Positions 9,159 through 18,993 of a stretch of 64,000 nucleotides of DNA are shown piece after piece. Each line of letters starts with the position of its first letter. Position 1 is the first letter of the stretch. The position numbers and the translations under genes were made by a program. The stretch covers positions 1 through 64,000 of the forward strand of contig CAZNCQ010000011.1 of NCBI GenBank assembly GCA_964571275.1. Reading direction: 5' to 3'. The stretch is from an uncultured Myxococcales bacterium (GTDB lineage Bacteria; Myxococcota_A; Polyangia; Fen-1088). Under the pieces are notes generated by a model that saw only the letters and a program-made list of their open reading frames with translations, had not been told where the DNA came from and ran no database searches.

Positions 9159-9860
9159 ATGCGCTCCTATCCCGAGAATGCCACCGTCGTGCTGGTTCAC
9201 GGCGCCTGGGCGGATGGTTCCTGCTGGCAGAGCATCATCCAGCCGTTGCGACGGCAGGGTCTGCGGGTGACGGCCGCGCCCATTCCGCTCACGTCACTCG
9301 CGGATGACGTTGCGGCTCTCCGGCGGGTGCTCGAGCGAACCAACGGACCGGTGATCCTGGCGGGTCACGCCTACGCGGGCGCGGTGATCGCTGCGACGCC
9401 CGACGACCGGGTCCGGGCGCTGGTGTTCATCGCGGCGCTGGCACCCGATGAGGGTGAAACGGTCGCGCACGTGTTCTACCGGGGCGACCCGCATCCGAAC
9501 GCTCCCCGTCTGGCGCCCGATTCGCATGGCTTCATCTGGATGTCGGAAGAGGGGTTTCGCCGCGCGGTCGCGCACGAGGCCTCGACGGATCAGGCGACCA
9601 TCCTGGCGGCCGTCCAGCGGCCGATCGCCGTGAAGTGCATCGAGGAGCCGTCGCCGGCGCCGGCGTGGCGCACCAAGCCGTCGTGGTTTCTCGTCGCTGA
9701 GCGGGATCGCATGATCCATCCGGAGACCCAGCGCTTCATGGCCGGTCGCATGCGCGCGACCCTCCGCCCGCACGCCGTGGATCACTCGCCCATGTGGTCG
9801 GCGCCCCATATCGTCGTCGACGTGCTCATCGACGCCGCGGGTGAGGTGCTGTCGCGCTGA
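9159..9860 (+). CDS. alpha/beta-fold hydrolase family protein (SABP2/esterase-like), nucleophile Ser replaced by Ala
   Basis: VVLVHGAW...W start typical of the fold; nucleophile elbow reads VILAGHAYAGAV (G-H-A-Y-A-G) instead of G-x-S-x-G. Confidence 0.7.
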   Translation: MRSYPENATVVLVHGAWADGSCWQSIIQPLRRQGLRVTAAPIPLTSLADDVAALRRVLERTNGPVILAGHAYAGAVIAATPDDRVRALVFIAALAPDEGETVAHVFYRGDPHPNAPRLAPDSHGFIWMSEEGFRRAVAHEASTDQATILAAVQRPIAVKCIEEPSPAPAWRTKPSWFLVAERDRMIHPETQRFMAGRMRATLRPHAVDHSPMWSAPHIVVDVLIDAAGEVLSR

Positions 9861-9916
9861 GCGGCGCGGTTGCGTGGTCACCGGCATGACAGTTTGAAAC
9901 GCCCGTGCTCGCGTCG

Positions 9917-9948
9917 CCTGTGGATATGTCCGGTTTTCCCTGTGGATA
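9917..9948. promoter_or_regulatory. direct repeat CCTGTGGATA x2, 22-bp spacing start to start, upstream of the FG-GAP/TSP3 gene
   Basis: Seen at 9917-9926 and 9939-9948 in the moderately AT-richer intergenic region; spacing equals two helical turns. Confidence 0.35.
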
Positions 9949-10107
9949 ATCTGCCGCCGCGCGCGATCGCGTTTGACAGGTCGGCAACGATTTCACGCAT
10001 CGCGCAATCGTCGCTCGACCCACCCTTCGAAAGGGTGTTAGTAGACCCTCCAAAATAGGATTGCATCCGCAGTCGCTCCGACGGCGAAGCAATCAAGGGG
10101 GGACGGT

Positions 10108-12129
10108 ATGACAACGGGGGAGTTTGGTACCAGCCAAACACACACGGCGGTTCCGACAAGGGTGTCCGGTATCGGGTCGCTGTCCGGTATTTGGCGACTC
10201 CATTGCCGGTTGATTGTTTCGTTCTTTGCCGCTCCGCTGGTCATTTGCGGCGCCACCTCCGGCGCGCGCGGGGCATCGGTTCCGTTTTTCAGCGAGCTCG
10301 CGCCGTCGGCGGTGACGATGGGTGGACAGTCGCTCAATCCGCCCGACACGGGCGTCGCCGAGTTCGGCGCGTCCGTCTCGTCGTACTCGGACGGGTTCAA
10401 CGACTACGTCGTCGTCGGTGCGCCCGGGCTCGGTGCGGGCCGCGCCTTTTACTTCGCCAAATCGACGTCGGTCCCGACGTTCGGCGCCGCCATCGAGCTG
10501 CGCCAGCCGAGCGGGGTCAGCGGCGACCGCTTCGGCGCCAGCGTCTTCGTCCAGGAAGGGACGATTCTGATCGGCGCGCCCAATCACGCCATGAACAATG
10601 GCTCCACCGGGAGCGTCTACGTCTTCGAGCAACCGAGGGACGCCAACGGGTTTCCCTTGATTGGCCCATTTCCCAACTACACGCCGAGCACATTCAGCAA
10701 CACGGCGACGCTGGGGTCCGTGTCGTCCGGAAACCCTCACTTCGGCCGTTCCGTCAGCTACGACTACCGGCTCAACATCGCCCTCCTGTGCAACGATTCC
10801 TTCTGCGAGTTCCGCGCGAAGTCCGGCGCGACCTGGGGCTTCGCCGCGCAAAGCCACCAGGGCCAGACCTTTCGGGGTAGCCAGGTGTTTCAGCAGAGCA
10901 TCACGCCCGGCTGGGGGTACTTCGTCACGCTGGGCCCGTCCAGCAACCTCGACTTTTACGAGTTCCAGCCGGTCGTCGACAGCAACGCCCAGTACATGTT
11001 TACCCAGTCTGTGGTCCCCGGCTCACTGATTGGCGGGGCCGGCGGGCAGGTTGATCGCCTCCTCGTTGGCATCTTGTCATCGTCCGGACACGGCTCCGTT
11101 GCGCAATTCACAAAGAACCTCTTTGGCGCGGTTCCGTTCACGCAGTGGACAAACAGCAATACGTTCACGTTTGCCAGCGCCGGACCGAATTTTGGCGCGG
11201 CCATCGCGCTGACCGGCGACGAGGTGCTCGTCACCGACCCACGCTCGGTCATCGGAACGGTTCACCGCCTCCAGGTCGATCGGCGCGGGAACGACGACAC
11301 CACCGACGACGTCTGGACCGAGACCGGGACGTTCGGCACGTTCGACGATCCCACCTCCAGCCTGACGGTCTCCGGTTTCGCGGATGCCGCCGTGGTCGGG
11401 TGGCCGGCCGGCAACAAGGCCTATGCCGTCGACCTGGCCAATCCCATCCCGACCAGCACCGTCGTCGATCCAGCGACGGGGGTGACCGTCACCGCGACGA
11501 CCATCGGTACCGGGGGCCATATCGCCGTGACGGCGCAACCCATGTGCTCGATGTTCCAGTCCCTGATTGACGTGCAGACTGGCACCGCTACCTGCGTCGA
11601 CATCACGACCAACGCCGAGCTTCTTGGTCTGGCCGAGATCTGCTTTCCCAATCCGTCGGGAAACCAGCCCGTCGTGCTTCGATGTCGGATGAAACCATCT
11701 TGCACCACCAATGAGAGGCCGGGCCCCGGGGGCTTTTGCTGTCGCTCGCTCACGACCGACGCGATCTCGTATCCCGGCTACATGTGCGTGAGCAGCGACG
11801 GGTTCTCCAGCTATGCGGTCGGGCAGGCGGCAGACAGCGACAACGATTTCATACCCAACATTAGCGATAACTGCCCCAACGTCGTTAACACCTTCCAGCA
11901 GGACAGCGACGGTGACCTGATCGGCGACGCCTGCGACAACTGCCCGGCGGTCGCCAACCAGGATCAGCTGGATTCGGACCACGATGGCATTGGTGACGCG
12001 TGCGACCCGACGCCCCTGCCGCCGGTAGCGGCGCCGGTGCCAGCGATCGGGGGCAACGGACTTTGGGCGCTGGCGGCGCTGTTGGGGACGCTGGGCGCGG
12101 GCGTGACACGGAGGAGACGCAGACGATGA
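10108..12129 (+). CDS. secreted FG-GAP repeat / thrombospondin type-3 (TSP3) calcium-binding repeat protein with C-terminal GlyGly/PEP-CTERM-like sorting signal
   Basis: Signal peptide; FG-GAP-like units ([15 protein letters not shown]; [20 protein letters not shown]); C-terminal DxDxDGxxDxCDNCP repeats ([36 protein letters not shown]); ends ...[29 protein letters not shown] (Gly-Gly, hydrophobic helix, Arg cluster). Confidence 0.7.
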   Translation: MTTGEFGTSQTHTAVPTRVSGIGSLSGIWRLHCRLIVSFFAAPLVICGATSGARGASVPFFSELAPSAVTMGGQSLNPPDTGVAEFGASVSSYSDGFNDYVVVGAPGLGAGRAFYFAKSTSVPTFGAAIELRQPSGVSGDRFGASVFVQEGTILIGAPNHAMNNGSTGSVYVFEQPRDANGFPLIGPFPNYTPSTFSNTATLGSVSSGNPHFGRSVSYDYRLNIALLCNDSFCEFRAKSGATWGFAAQSHQGQTFRGSQVFQQSITPGWGYFVTLGPSSNLDFYEFQPVVDSNAQYMFTQSVVPGSLIGGAGGQVDRLLVGILSSSGHGSVAQFTKNLFGAVPFTQWTNSNTFTFASAGPNFGAAIALTGDEVLVTDPRSVIGTVHRLQVDRRGNDDTTDDVWTETGTFGTFDDPTSSLTVSGFADAAVVGWPAGNKAYAVDLANPIPTSTVVDPATGVTVTATTIGTGGHIAVTAQPMCSMFQSLIDVQTGTATCVDITTNAELLGLAEICFPNPSGNQPVVLRCRMKPSCTTNERPGPGGFCCRSLTTDAISYPGYMCVSSDGFSSYAVGQAADSDNDFIPNISDNCPNVVNTFQQDSDGDLIGDACDNCPAVANQDQLDSDHDGIGDACDPTPLPPVAAPVPAIGGNGLWALAALLGTLGAGVTRRRRRR

Positions 12130-13289
12130 TGAAGTCGGGTCAGTGGGTGTTCGTGCTGTGCGCGGCTTTGCTTTGCTCTTGTGACAATCGACACCTGGGC
12201 TTCGGTTCCGGAAGCTCGAACAGGCGAGGCGTGACGGAAGAACCGGACGCGGGCGTACTGACGGCCGCCCCGGATGCTGCGTCCGCGCCTGAGGTCGCGA
12301 GCGGCACCGACGCATCGAACGTGCCGCACGTCGATTCTGGCGGCAACTCGGATGTGGGCTATTCATTCGATGCGACCCCGGTATCGTGTGCCGCTCTGCC
12401 GGCGGGAATGTTCCCGTCAACCGACGTCACCTGCCAGCTGGTCGACCCGCGGGCCGACCGGGTTTGCGTCCCCGATCCATTCCACGATGGTCGAAAGTTC
12501 GTGGATTTCGTTGGTTGCATCCAGGGTGCGCCGGCGACGAAGGGGGCGGTTTGTGCGAATGGGATGTGTTGCCACGGGCTACTGACGTCATTCGTCACCA
12601 CACCCGGCTATGTCTGTGGGATCACCTCCGGCATGCAGATCGTCGCCTATGGCCAGGCCCTGGATACCGATCAGGATTTCGTCCCTGACTACTGGGACAA
12701 CTGTCCCTACGTCGCCAACACGTTCGGGCAAGGCGACGACGACGACGGCGACGGGATCGGCAACGCCTGCGACCCCTGTCCCGAAGTCCCCGGCGTGACC
12801 TGCGCCGATGCGGGACCGCACTCAGGGGCCTCGTGCGCGGACATTCCGGCCGAGATCTTCCCAGCCGGTAGCCTCACCTGCCAGCCGGTCGATACGCAGG
12901 CCGGCCTGGCCGCCAAGCCATTCTGCGTCCCCCCGATCGTCGGCGACGGTGGACTGCTCAAACTGGATTTCGTCGGCTGCAAGCGCGGCGCGCCTGCAAC
13001 GACGGAGGGCGCCTGCTCGAACGGGATCTGTTGCTACGCGCTACAAACGACCACGTACGCTGGCGCTCCGGGCGACGATTGCGCGTACCCGGGCGGCATG
13101 GAGGTCGTCGCCTACGGCAAGGCCCTGGACACCGATCAGGATTCCATCCCCGACTACTGGGACAACTGCCCCGACGTCGCCAACCCGCTTGGGCAGGCAG
13201 ACGACGACGACCTCGACGGCATCGGCAACGCCTGCGACCCCTGCCCACAGGTCTTCGGCGTCACTTGCGCCGACGCAGGCGCGCACTGA
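12126..13289 (+). CDS. TSP3-repeat lipoprotein with internal tandem duplication
   Basis: ATGA start/stop overlap with the upstream gene; lipobox [12 protein letters not shown]; two ~140-aa tandem copies, each Cys-rich and ending in [13 protein letters not shown]...[16 protein letters not shown]; paralogous to the C-terminus of the previous gene. Confidence 0.7.
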   Translation: MMKSGQWVFVLCAALLCSCDNRHLGFGSGSSNRRGVTEEPDAGVLTAAPDAASAPEVASGTDASNVPHVDSGGNSDVGYSFDATPVSCAALPAGMFPSTDVTCQLVDPRADRVCVPDPFHDGRKFVDFVGCIQGAPATKGAVCANGMCCHGLLTSFVTTPGYVCGITSGMQIVAYGQALDTDQDFVPDYWDNCPYVANTFGQGDDDDGDGIGNACDPCPEVPGVTCADAGPHSGASCADIPAEIFPAGSLTCQPVDTQAGLAAKPFCVPPIVGDGGLLKLDFVGCKRGAPATTEGACSNGICCYALQTTTYAGAPGDDCAYPGGMEVVAYGKALDTDQDSIPDYWDNCPDVANPLGQADDDDLDGIGNACDPCPQVFGVTCADAGAH

Positions 13290-13313
13290 ACGACAGATCA
13301 AATCGGCGTCCGC

Positions 13314-14264
13314 TCACGGCGCGCTCGTACGCTTCGCGCGGTTCATCGCGTCCTCGATCTCTCGCGCGCGCTTTTCCGCTTCCACCGCGGACGGTCCCTT
13401 GGGCACGCGGCGCAGGTACGTGCGGTAGAAGTGCAGCGCCTCCTCGTTGTTGCCGAGCTTTCGCTGACACTGGGCCATGTCGTAGAGCAACGCGGGATCT
13501 TGCTCGATCAGGTAGGCCTGCTCGAACTCGTTGAACGCCTCCTGGAAGCGCTTCAGGTCGTAGAAAGCCAGCGCCTGGCGGGCATGCGCGCGCGCCGCGG
13601 CGACCGACGAGCCAGCCGCCGCCGGCTCGCCGGGCGCAGAGCCCACGGGCGCCCCCGACCCCGTCGGCGACGATGCGACGCTGCCCTCGGGCGGCGGTGG
13701 CGGAGCGGGCGCCAGCGCCATCGCGTTCATGGTGACGCCTGACGGAGGCGCGCCCGGCGCCGAGGGCCCGCCTGAAACCGTGTCGGCGTACGTCGCGAGC
13801 CGCGCCGAGTGGACCAACGCTTCCACCAGCTCGCGCGCCAGGGCGCGCGCGAAGGAGGTGGCAGGCTCGACGTGCTCGCTGGTCGACCACTGGTCTATCA
13901 CCTGCCCGTTCGCGACCGCGACCAGCGCCGCCGTGCCGTAGAGCAGCACCGAGCCGCCGCGCGCCGACAGCGACAGCCGCAGCTCGACGTCGCCGGGGCT
14001 CGGCGGATTCGCCGCCGGCGGCAAGCCGACCTGGGACAGATACTGCCCGAGCCACTGGCGCAGCTGGTCGGTGGTGCCGGCCGGCCCCAGCGAGGTCGGC
14101 TCGCCGGTGACACCCGCGGCGATGAGATAGCGCACGCGTCGCGCCGCCTCCAGCGTGGACAGCGTCGCCGGCTGGCGCGGAGCGGTGTTGTGGGCGCAGC
14201 CCGCGCAAATACCGGCGAACAGCGCGAAAACCAGGGAGACCCGACCAGGCAGGACCGGACGCAT
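13314..14264 (-). CDS. lipoprotein with C-terminal TPR-like repeats
   Basis: Start at MRPVLPGRVSLVFALFAGICAGC (lipobox); Pro/Ala/Ser linker; C-terminal TPR-like helices (ALAFYDLKRFQEAFNEFEQAYLIEQDPALLYDMAQCQRKLGNNEEALHFYRTYL). Confidence 0.55.
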   Translation of the reverse strand: MRPVLPGRVSLVFALFAGICAGCAHNTAPRQPATLSTLEAARRVRYLIAAGVTGEPTSLGPAGTTDQLRQWLGQYLSQVGLPPAANPPSPGDVELRLSLSARGGSVLLYGTAALVAVANGQVIDQWSTSEHVEPATSFARALARELVEALVHSARLATYADTVSGGPSAPGAPPSGVTMNAMALAPAPPPPPEGSVASSPTGSGAPVGSAPGEPAAAGSSVAAARAHARQALAFYDLKRFQEAFNEFEQAYLIEQDPALLYDMAQCQRKLGNNEEALHFYRTYLRRVPKGPSAVEAEKRAREIEDAMNRAKRTSAP

Positions 14265-14394
14265 CAGCGCCTGATTGTCTGCGATGCGACGCAAAACTCC
14301 TACCGGAATTGACCCCGATCCCGGCCAGCCGTCGCGCTCGGCCGACCCGAGCGGGAGTTGACCTGGCGGGTTTCGATACATAGAACCCAACCAG

Positions 14395-15108
14395 ATGGTC
14401 CGATCGAAGTGGTCGAAGGTCCGGGGAGCCACGCGGGCGGCGCTGGTTCCGACGCTGTGGCTGTGCGCCGCGGGGATCGCGCGCGCCGAGCCGATGGTCT
14501 ATCACCCGACCCCGGCCCCCGAGGGGAGCTCCAGCGTCCACGTCACCCTGCCCTACACCTTCGGGACGCACAACCTCGATGCGCGCGCGCTGCAAGGCGA
14601 GGTGCGCGTCGACTGGCGGGCCGCGCCGGTCGTCACGGGACGCCTGACGCTCCCGCTCGCGTCGCTGCGCGGGGGCGGCGACACGCTCAACTGCCACATG
14701 CGCGAGGCGATGGGGCTCGACTACTCTCGGTCGGCCTTTCCGCGCGAGCACGTCTGCTCCGACGGCAAGTTACCGGCGGCCGGCAACGACGCGGTGGCGT
14801 TTCCGGACATCACGTTCGAGATCCAGCGGATCGTCGTCGACCCCGCGCACGCGCGCTCCGGCGAATACGACGTCTGGCGTGCGTCGGCGGTCGGCCGCTG
14901 GACCATCCACGGCGTCACGCGCGACGACCGCATCGAGCTGCGCCTGACCCTGCCCGTGAACGAGGCCGCGCATCCGCGCTGGGTGCAAGTCGACGGCGAA
15001 CGAAAGATCCGCCTCGCCGACTACGGCATCCAGGTCAAGCGCGCCCTGGTGATCACGGCCGGTGACACCGCGACATTGAGGTTGAGCTTCTTGCTGCGCA
15101 CGCAGTAG
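14395..15108 (+). CDS. YceI-like periplasmic (polyisoprenoid-binding family) protein
   Basis: Signal peptide; ...FPDITFEIQRIV...WRASAVGRWTIHGVTRDDRIELRLTLP matches the YceI pattern (...TFKS...G.LTLHGVTK...). Confidence 0.55.
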   Translation: MVRSKWSKVRGATRAALVPTLWLCAAGIARAEPMVYHPTPAPEGSSSVHVTLPYTFGTHNLDARALQGEVRVDWRAAPVVTGRLTLPLASLRGGGDTLNCHMREAMGLDYSRSAFPREHVCSDGKLPAAGNDAVAFPDITFEIQRIVVDPAHARSGEYDVWRASAVGRWTIHGVTRDDRIELRLTLPVNEAAHPRWVQVDGERKIRLADYGIQVKRALVITAGDTATLRLSFLLRTQ

Positions 15109-15245
15109 CTCGCGCCCATCGACGATCGCGCGCCCAATGAGCGAAAGGTCGATGACACTTGGTACGCGGGTCGTTCACGATCCTTGATCCAACCCATAGG
15201 CCCGTGCTATCGCGACCCGATGGGTGTGGATGGGTGAGCGAGCCG

Positions 15246-15290
15246 GTTGCGATCCTCGCGCGTTCGCCGGGAATAGCGCGCGTTCGCAAC
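15246..15290. promoter_or_regulatory. repeat cluster upstream of vgrG: 7-bp inverted repeat GTTGCGA/TCGCAAC bracketing two copies of GCGCGTTCGC
   Basis: Read in the 205-bp intergenic region 24 bp upstream of the vgrG ATG. Confidence 0.35.
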
Positions 15291-15313
15291 GTTGACGATC
15301 AAGGAACGACCAC

Positions 15314-17527
15314 ATGAGTCTGATCGGCCCTGTGACGGTGAGCCCCATTGGCGGGCATGACATGTACCTGCTCTCGATGAGCGGCGACGAGGAGCTGGGC
15401 AGGCTCTTCGAGTACAACCTGGAGCTCCTGAGCCCCGACCCGACGATCTCGCTCGCCGACGTGCTGGCCCAGAACGTCACGGTGACGCTCGAGCTGTCGG
15501 GCGCCAGCTTCCGGTATTTCAACGGCTACGTCAGTCGATTCTCCTTCGCGGGGACGTCGGGCGACCAGTGCGTCTACAAGGCGACGCTGCGCCCCTGGCT
15601 CTGGTTCCTGACCCGGACCTCCGACTGCCGCATCTTCAACCAGCGCTCGACGCCCGACGTGGTCAAGCGCGTCTTCCGCCACTACAGCCAGGCGCTGTTC
15701 GACGGGCCGCTGCCCGGGCACGCGTCGCGCGACTTCGTCGTCCAGTACCGCGAGACCGACTTCAACTTCGTGAGCCGGCTCATGGAAGAGGAAGGGATCT
15801 ACTACTACTTCCGCCACGAGCTCGGGAAACACACGCTGGTGTTCGCCGACTCGATCGGGGCGCACGACAAGTACCCGGGCCTGAGCATTCCCTATATGCC
15901 GCCGACCGACAGCGGACGGCGCCAGGGCGATCACTTCGATTCGTGGCGCGTGTCGCAGGAGATCCAGCCCGCGGCGTACGTCATGAAAGAGTACGACTTC
16001 AAGCGGCCGCGCGCCGACCTGCGCGCGGTCGTGAACCCGCAGGCCAACAAGACTCGCCACCTGATGGGCGAGTACTTCGACTACCCGGGCGGCTATCCCG
16101 AGCGCACCGACGGCGAGACGTTGGGCGGCATCCACCTCGACGAGCTCGGCGTCCACTACGAGACCGTGGAGACGACGGGGACGACGCGCGCGCTCAGCGT
16201 CGGGCAGACGTTCCGCGTGACCGACGTGCCGCGCCCGGATCAGAACCGCGAATACCTGGTCATGCGCGCGCACTACGAGCTGCACAGCCACGACATCACC
16301 ACCGGGACGACCGACGACCAGGAGATCTTCCAGGGCGCGTTCACGTTGATGGATTCGGGCAAGCCGTTCCGTCCCGCGCGCCACACGCCGCGGCCGGTGG
16401 TGCAGGGGCCGCAGACCGCTGTCGTGGTCGGCGACAAGAAGACCCAGCCCGACTCGAGCGAGATCGTCACCGACGAGCACGCGCGCGTGCGCGTGCGCTT
16501 CTTCTGGGAGCGCCTCGGCGGCGAACGCACCGACGAGCCGGACGATGAGGAGAAGCGCAACGAGGACATGACGACCTGGGTCCGCGTGTCGCAGGTCTGG
16601 GCCGGCGCGCAGTGGGGCGCAATCCACATCCCGCGCATCGGACAGGAGGTGATCGTCGACTTCCTCGAAGGCGATCCGGATCGCCCGATCGTCACCGGCC
16701 GCGTCTACAACGGCGACAACATGCCGCCGTATGCGCTCCCGCAGAACAAGACCCAGAGCGGTATCAAGAGCCGCAGCACCACCGGCGGCGGGCCGAGCAA
16801 CTTCAACGAGATCCGTTTCGAGGACAAGAAGGGCGGCGAAGAGCTGCACGTCCAGGCGGAGCGCGATCACTCGACGCTGGTCAAGCGCAACCAGTCGCTG
16901 AGCGTCGGCGGCGACCGCAGCGTCAGTGTCAGCGGAAACGAGACGGTCAGCGTCAGCGGCACGCGTTCGACGACGATCACCAAGAAGGAGACCGAGACCT
17001 TCAACGACGCGCGCGTGATGACGGTGGCGCAGACGGACGAGGTCACGATCACCGGCCACGCCACCGGCACCTACAACGGCGGCCGCACCGAGACGGTCAA
17101 GAGCGGCGACAGCCTGGAAGTGATGGGCTCGAACAAGACCGTCACCGTGCACGGCGAATACAACACCACCGCCGACACGCAGTTCCAGGTCGAGCAGGGC
17201 CCGAACAGCATCATGGTCAAGGACTCGATCACCGTTCACTCGACGACCGAGGTCAAGGTCACCAACGACAAGTGCACGGTGCATCTCAACGGCGGCTTGC
17301 TGTGCATCGACGCTGCAGACGAGATCAAGCTGACCTGCGGCGGCTCGACGATCTCGCTAGCCAAGGACGGGACGATCACGATCACCGGCGGCAAGCAGGT
17401 GACCACGACCGGTGGCGGCTCGGGCGTCGACCTGGTGGCGGCGGGCGCGACGATGTCCGGTACCAAGGCCACGGTCTCGGGCACGAGCACGACCGAAGTC
17501 ACCGGGGGGATCGTCAAGATCAACTGA
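15314..17527 (+). CDS. vgrG: type VI secretion spike protein VgrG (TssI)
   Basis: gp27-like N-terminal region (FEYNLELLS...YFNGYVSRFSF...YKATLRPWLWFLTRTSDCRIFNQ...FNFVSRLMEEEGIYYYF...YFDYPGGY); gp5 OB-fold (VSQVWAGAQWGAIHIPRIGQEVIVDFLEGDPDRPIVTGRVYNGDNMPPY); C-terminal beta-helix octapeptide-like repeats; no extension domain. Confidence 0.9.
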   Translation: MSLIGPVTVSPIGGHDMYLLSMSGDEELGRLFEYNLELLSPDPTISLADVLAQNVTVTLELSGASFRYFNGYVSRFSFAGTSGDQCVYKATLRPWLWFLTRTSDCRIFNQRSTPDVVKRVFRHYSQALFDGPLPGHASRDFVVQYRETDFNFVSRLMEEEGIYYYFRHELGKHTLVFADSIGAHDKYPGLSIPYMPPTDSGRRQGDHFDSWRVSQEIQPAAYVMKEYDFKRPRADLRAVVNPQANKTRHLMGEYFDYPGGYPERTDGETLGGIHLDELGVHYETVETTGTTRALSVGQTFRVTDVPRPDQNREYLVMRAHYELHSHDITTGTTDDQEIFQGAFTLMDSGKPFRPARHTPRPVVQGPQTAVVVGDKKTQPDSSEIVTDEHARVRVRFFWERLGGERTDEPDDEEKRNEDMTTWVRVSQVWAGAQWGAIHIPRIGQEVIVDFLEGDPDRPIVTGRVYNGDNMPPYALPQNKTQSGIKSRSTTGGGPSNFNEIRFEDKKGGEELHVQAERDHSTLVKRNQSLSVGGDRSVSVSGNETVSVSGTRSTTITKKETETFNDARVMTVAQTDEVTITGHATGTYNGGRTETVKSGDSLEVMGSNKTVTVHGEYNTTADTQFQVEQGPNSIMVKDSITVHSTTEVKVTNDKCTVHLNGGLLCIDAADEIKLTCGGSTISLAKDGTITITGGKQVTTTGGGSGVDLVAAGATMSGTKATVSGTSTTEVTGGIVKIN

Positions 17528-17547
17528 TGGGCGTGTAGCGCGGGTCG

Positions 17548-18993
17548 ATGGAAGCCATTGCGGTCCCTCTGCGGCGTCTTCACGAGGAGGCGAGCTGGTT
17601 CGCGCGCGCGGCGGAGATCAAGCTCCTGCACGTCGCTGCCGACGCGACGTTGCGGGGCGCGGCGATCAAGCTCCTGATGGGGCAGGAGTTCCACGCGGAC
17701 AATCGCGCGCTCTATTTCCGCTTCGACGATGAGGTCACCGGCCCGATGCGCGGCTGGCCCGCGCGCGCGGCGCGCCTGCGCGAGCAGTTCGCGGACAAGG
17801 CCGCGTCGCTGAAGCCGGCGGCGATCCACCTGGCGGCCATTCGCGACGTCTCGTCCTCGCCGGCGGGCGCGGCGGCGCGCTCGCCCGCGGCGGAGTTCGC
17901 GGCGCAGCTCTACGAGGCGCGGCGCGCGCTGGCGGCGCCGCTGACGCAGATCGTGGCGCTGCTCGCGCCGACGCGGGTCGAGGACCCGAAGATATTCGCC
18001 GCCGAGATGACGTCGTTGATTCGCGCGCGCGAGCTCGCCGACGTGCGCTGGATCGTGGTCGAGACCGACGGCGATGCCATTGGCCCGCTCGCGCAGGACC
18101 TCGGACGCGCCGCGCTCTCGTGCGCGTGCGTGATCGACAGCGCGGCCCAGAGCGATGCCTTGGCGGCGCAGGGCGCGGCGGCGGTCTCGGATCCGGTGAT
18201 CGTGCGCGCGCCGCCCGGCAACTGGCGCGCGCCCGGCGCCATGCCCGACGTCGAGCCGCCGCCGCACGTGGGTGCCCCGCCGGTGGCGACCGACGAGGAG
18301 CTGCGCGCCGCCGGCCTGTCGCCGGTGTTCGTCAAAGGCGGCGGCGATGCGCTCAAGCGCCTGGTGCTGGGCGGGGCGCTGGCCCTGCGCAACGGAAAGA
18401 ACGCGGACGCGGTCACGCTGCAGGCGCGCGCGGCCGCGCTCTGTGATGAGATGCAGATGCCCACCGAGGAGGTGCTGAACCTGCACGTCCTCGCCGGGTA
18501 TCTGATCGCAGGCTCGCAAGGCGCGCGCGCGCGCGAGGTCTACGTCCAGGCCGGAACGCTCGCGCGAACCCACGGGCTCAAAGATCTGGAGGCGCAGACC
18601 GAGCTGGCGCTCGGCATGCTGGAGGCGGTCGATCGCGCGCCCGCCAAGGCCGCGGCGCACTACGCCGCCGCGGGACGCCTGGCCGAGGATGCGAAGATCG
18701 ACGTCCTGGCGATCGAGGCCTGGCGAATGGCCGGCCAGCTGGCGCTGGAGAGCCGCCTCGAGACCTCGGCGGTCGAATGCTGGAAACGCGCGCTGGATCT
18801 GGCCGACGAGCTCGACCCCAAGCTCGCGCAGTCCACGAGCGCCGCCGAAATCGCGCGGGCGCTGGCCGCGGTCTACCGCAAGCGCGGGCTCGTCGCGCCG
18901 GCGAGCGCGCTGGAAGAACGCAGCGCGGAGCTGGAGCAAGGCACGCCTCCCACAGAGGAGGTCCCGCCCAGAACCGCTGGAAACACTGGCTGA
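17548..18993 (+). CDS. unclassified protein between vgrG and the PAAR-Rhs gene (candidate T6SS adaptor/chaperone)
   Basis: 481-aa Ala/Leu-rich, predicted alpha-helical, no signal peptide; starts 21 nt after vgrG; its stop overlaps the Rhs start (TGATG); does not match DUF4123, DUF1795 or DUF2169 as I remember them. Confidence 0.5.
   Translation: MEAIAVPLRRLHEEASWFARAAEIKLLHVAADATLRGAAIKLLMGQEFHADNRALYFRFDDEVTGPMRGWPARAARLREQFADKAASLKPAAIHLAAIRDVSSSPAGAAARSPAAEFAAQLYEARRALAAPLTQIVALLAPTRVEDPKIFAAEMTSLIRARELADVRWIVVETDGDAIGPLAQDLGRAALSCACVIDSAAQSDALAAQGAAAVSDPVIVRAPPGNWRAPGAMPDVEPPPHVGAPPVATDEELRAAGLSPVFVKGGGDALKRLVLGGALALRNGKNADAVTLQARAAALCDEMQMPTEEVLNLHVLAGYLIAGSQGARAREVYVQAGTLARTHGLKDLEAQTELALGMLEAVDRAPAKAAAHYAAAGRLAEDAKIDVLAIEAWRMAGQLALESRLETSAVECWKRALDLADELDPKLAQSTSAAEIARALAAVYRKRGLVAPASALEERSAELEQGTPPTEEVPPRTAGNTG

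Noticed and set aside
15109-15313. Possible sigma54 -24/-12 promoter upstream of vgrG (TGGTACGCGGGTCGTT)
   Set aside because: The -12 element reads GT instead of the essential GC and the -24 element is TGGTAC, so the match is too weak to call.
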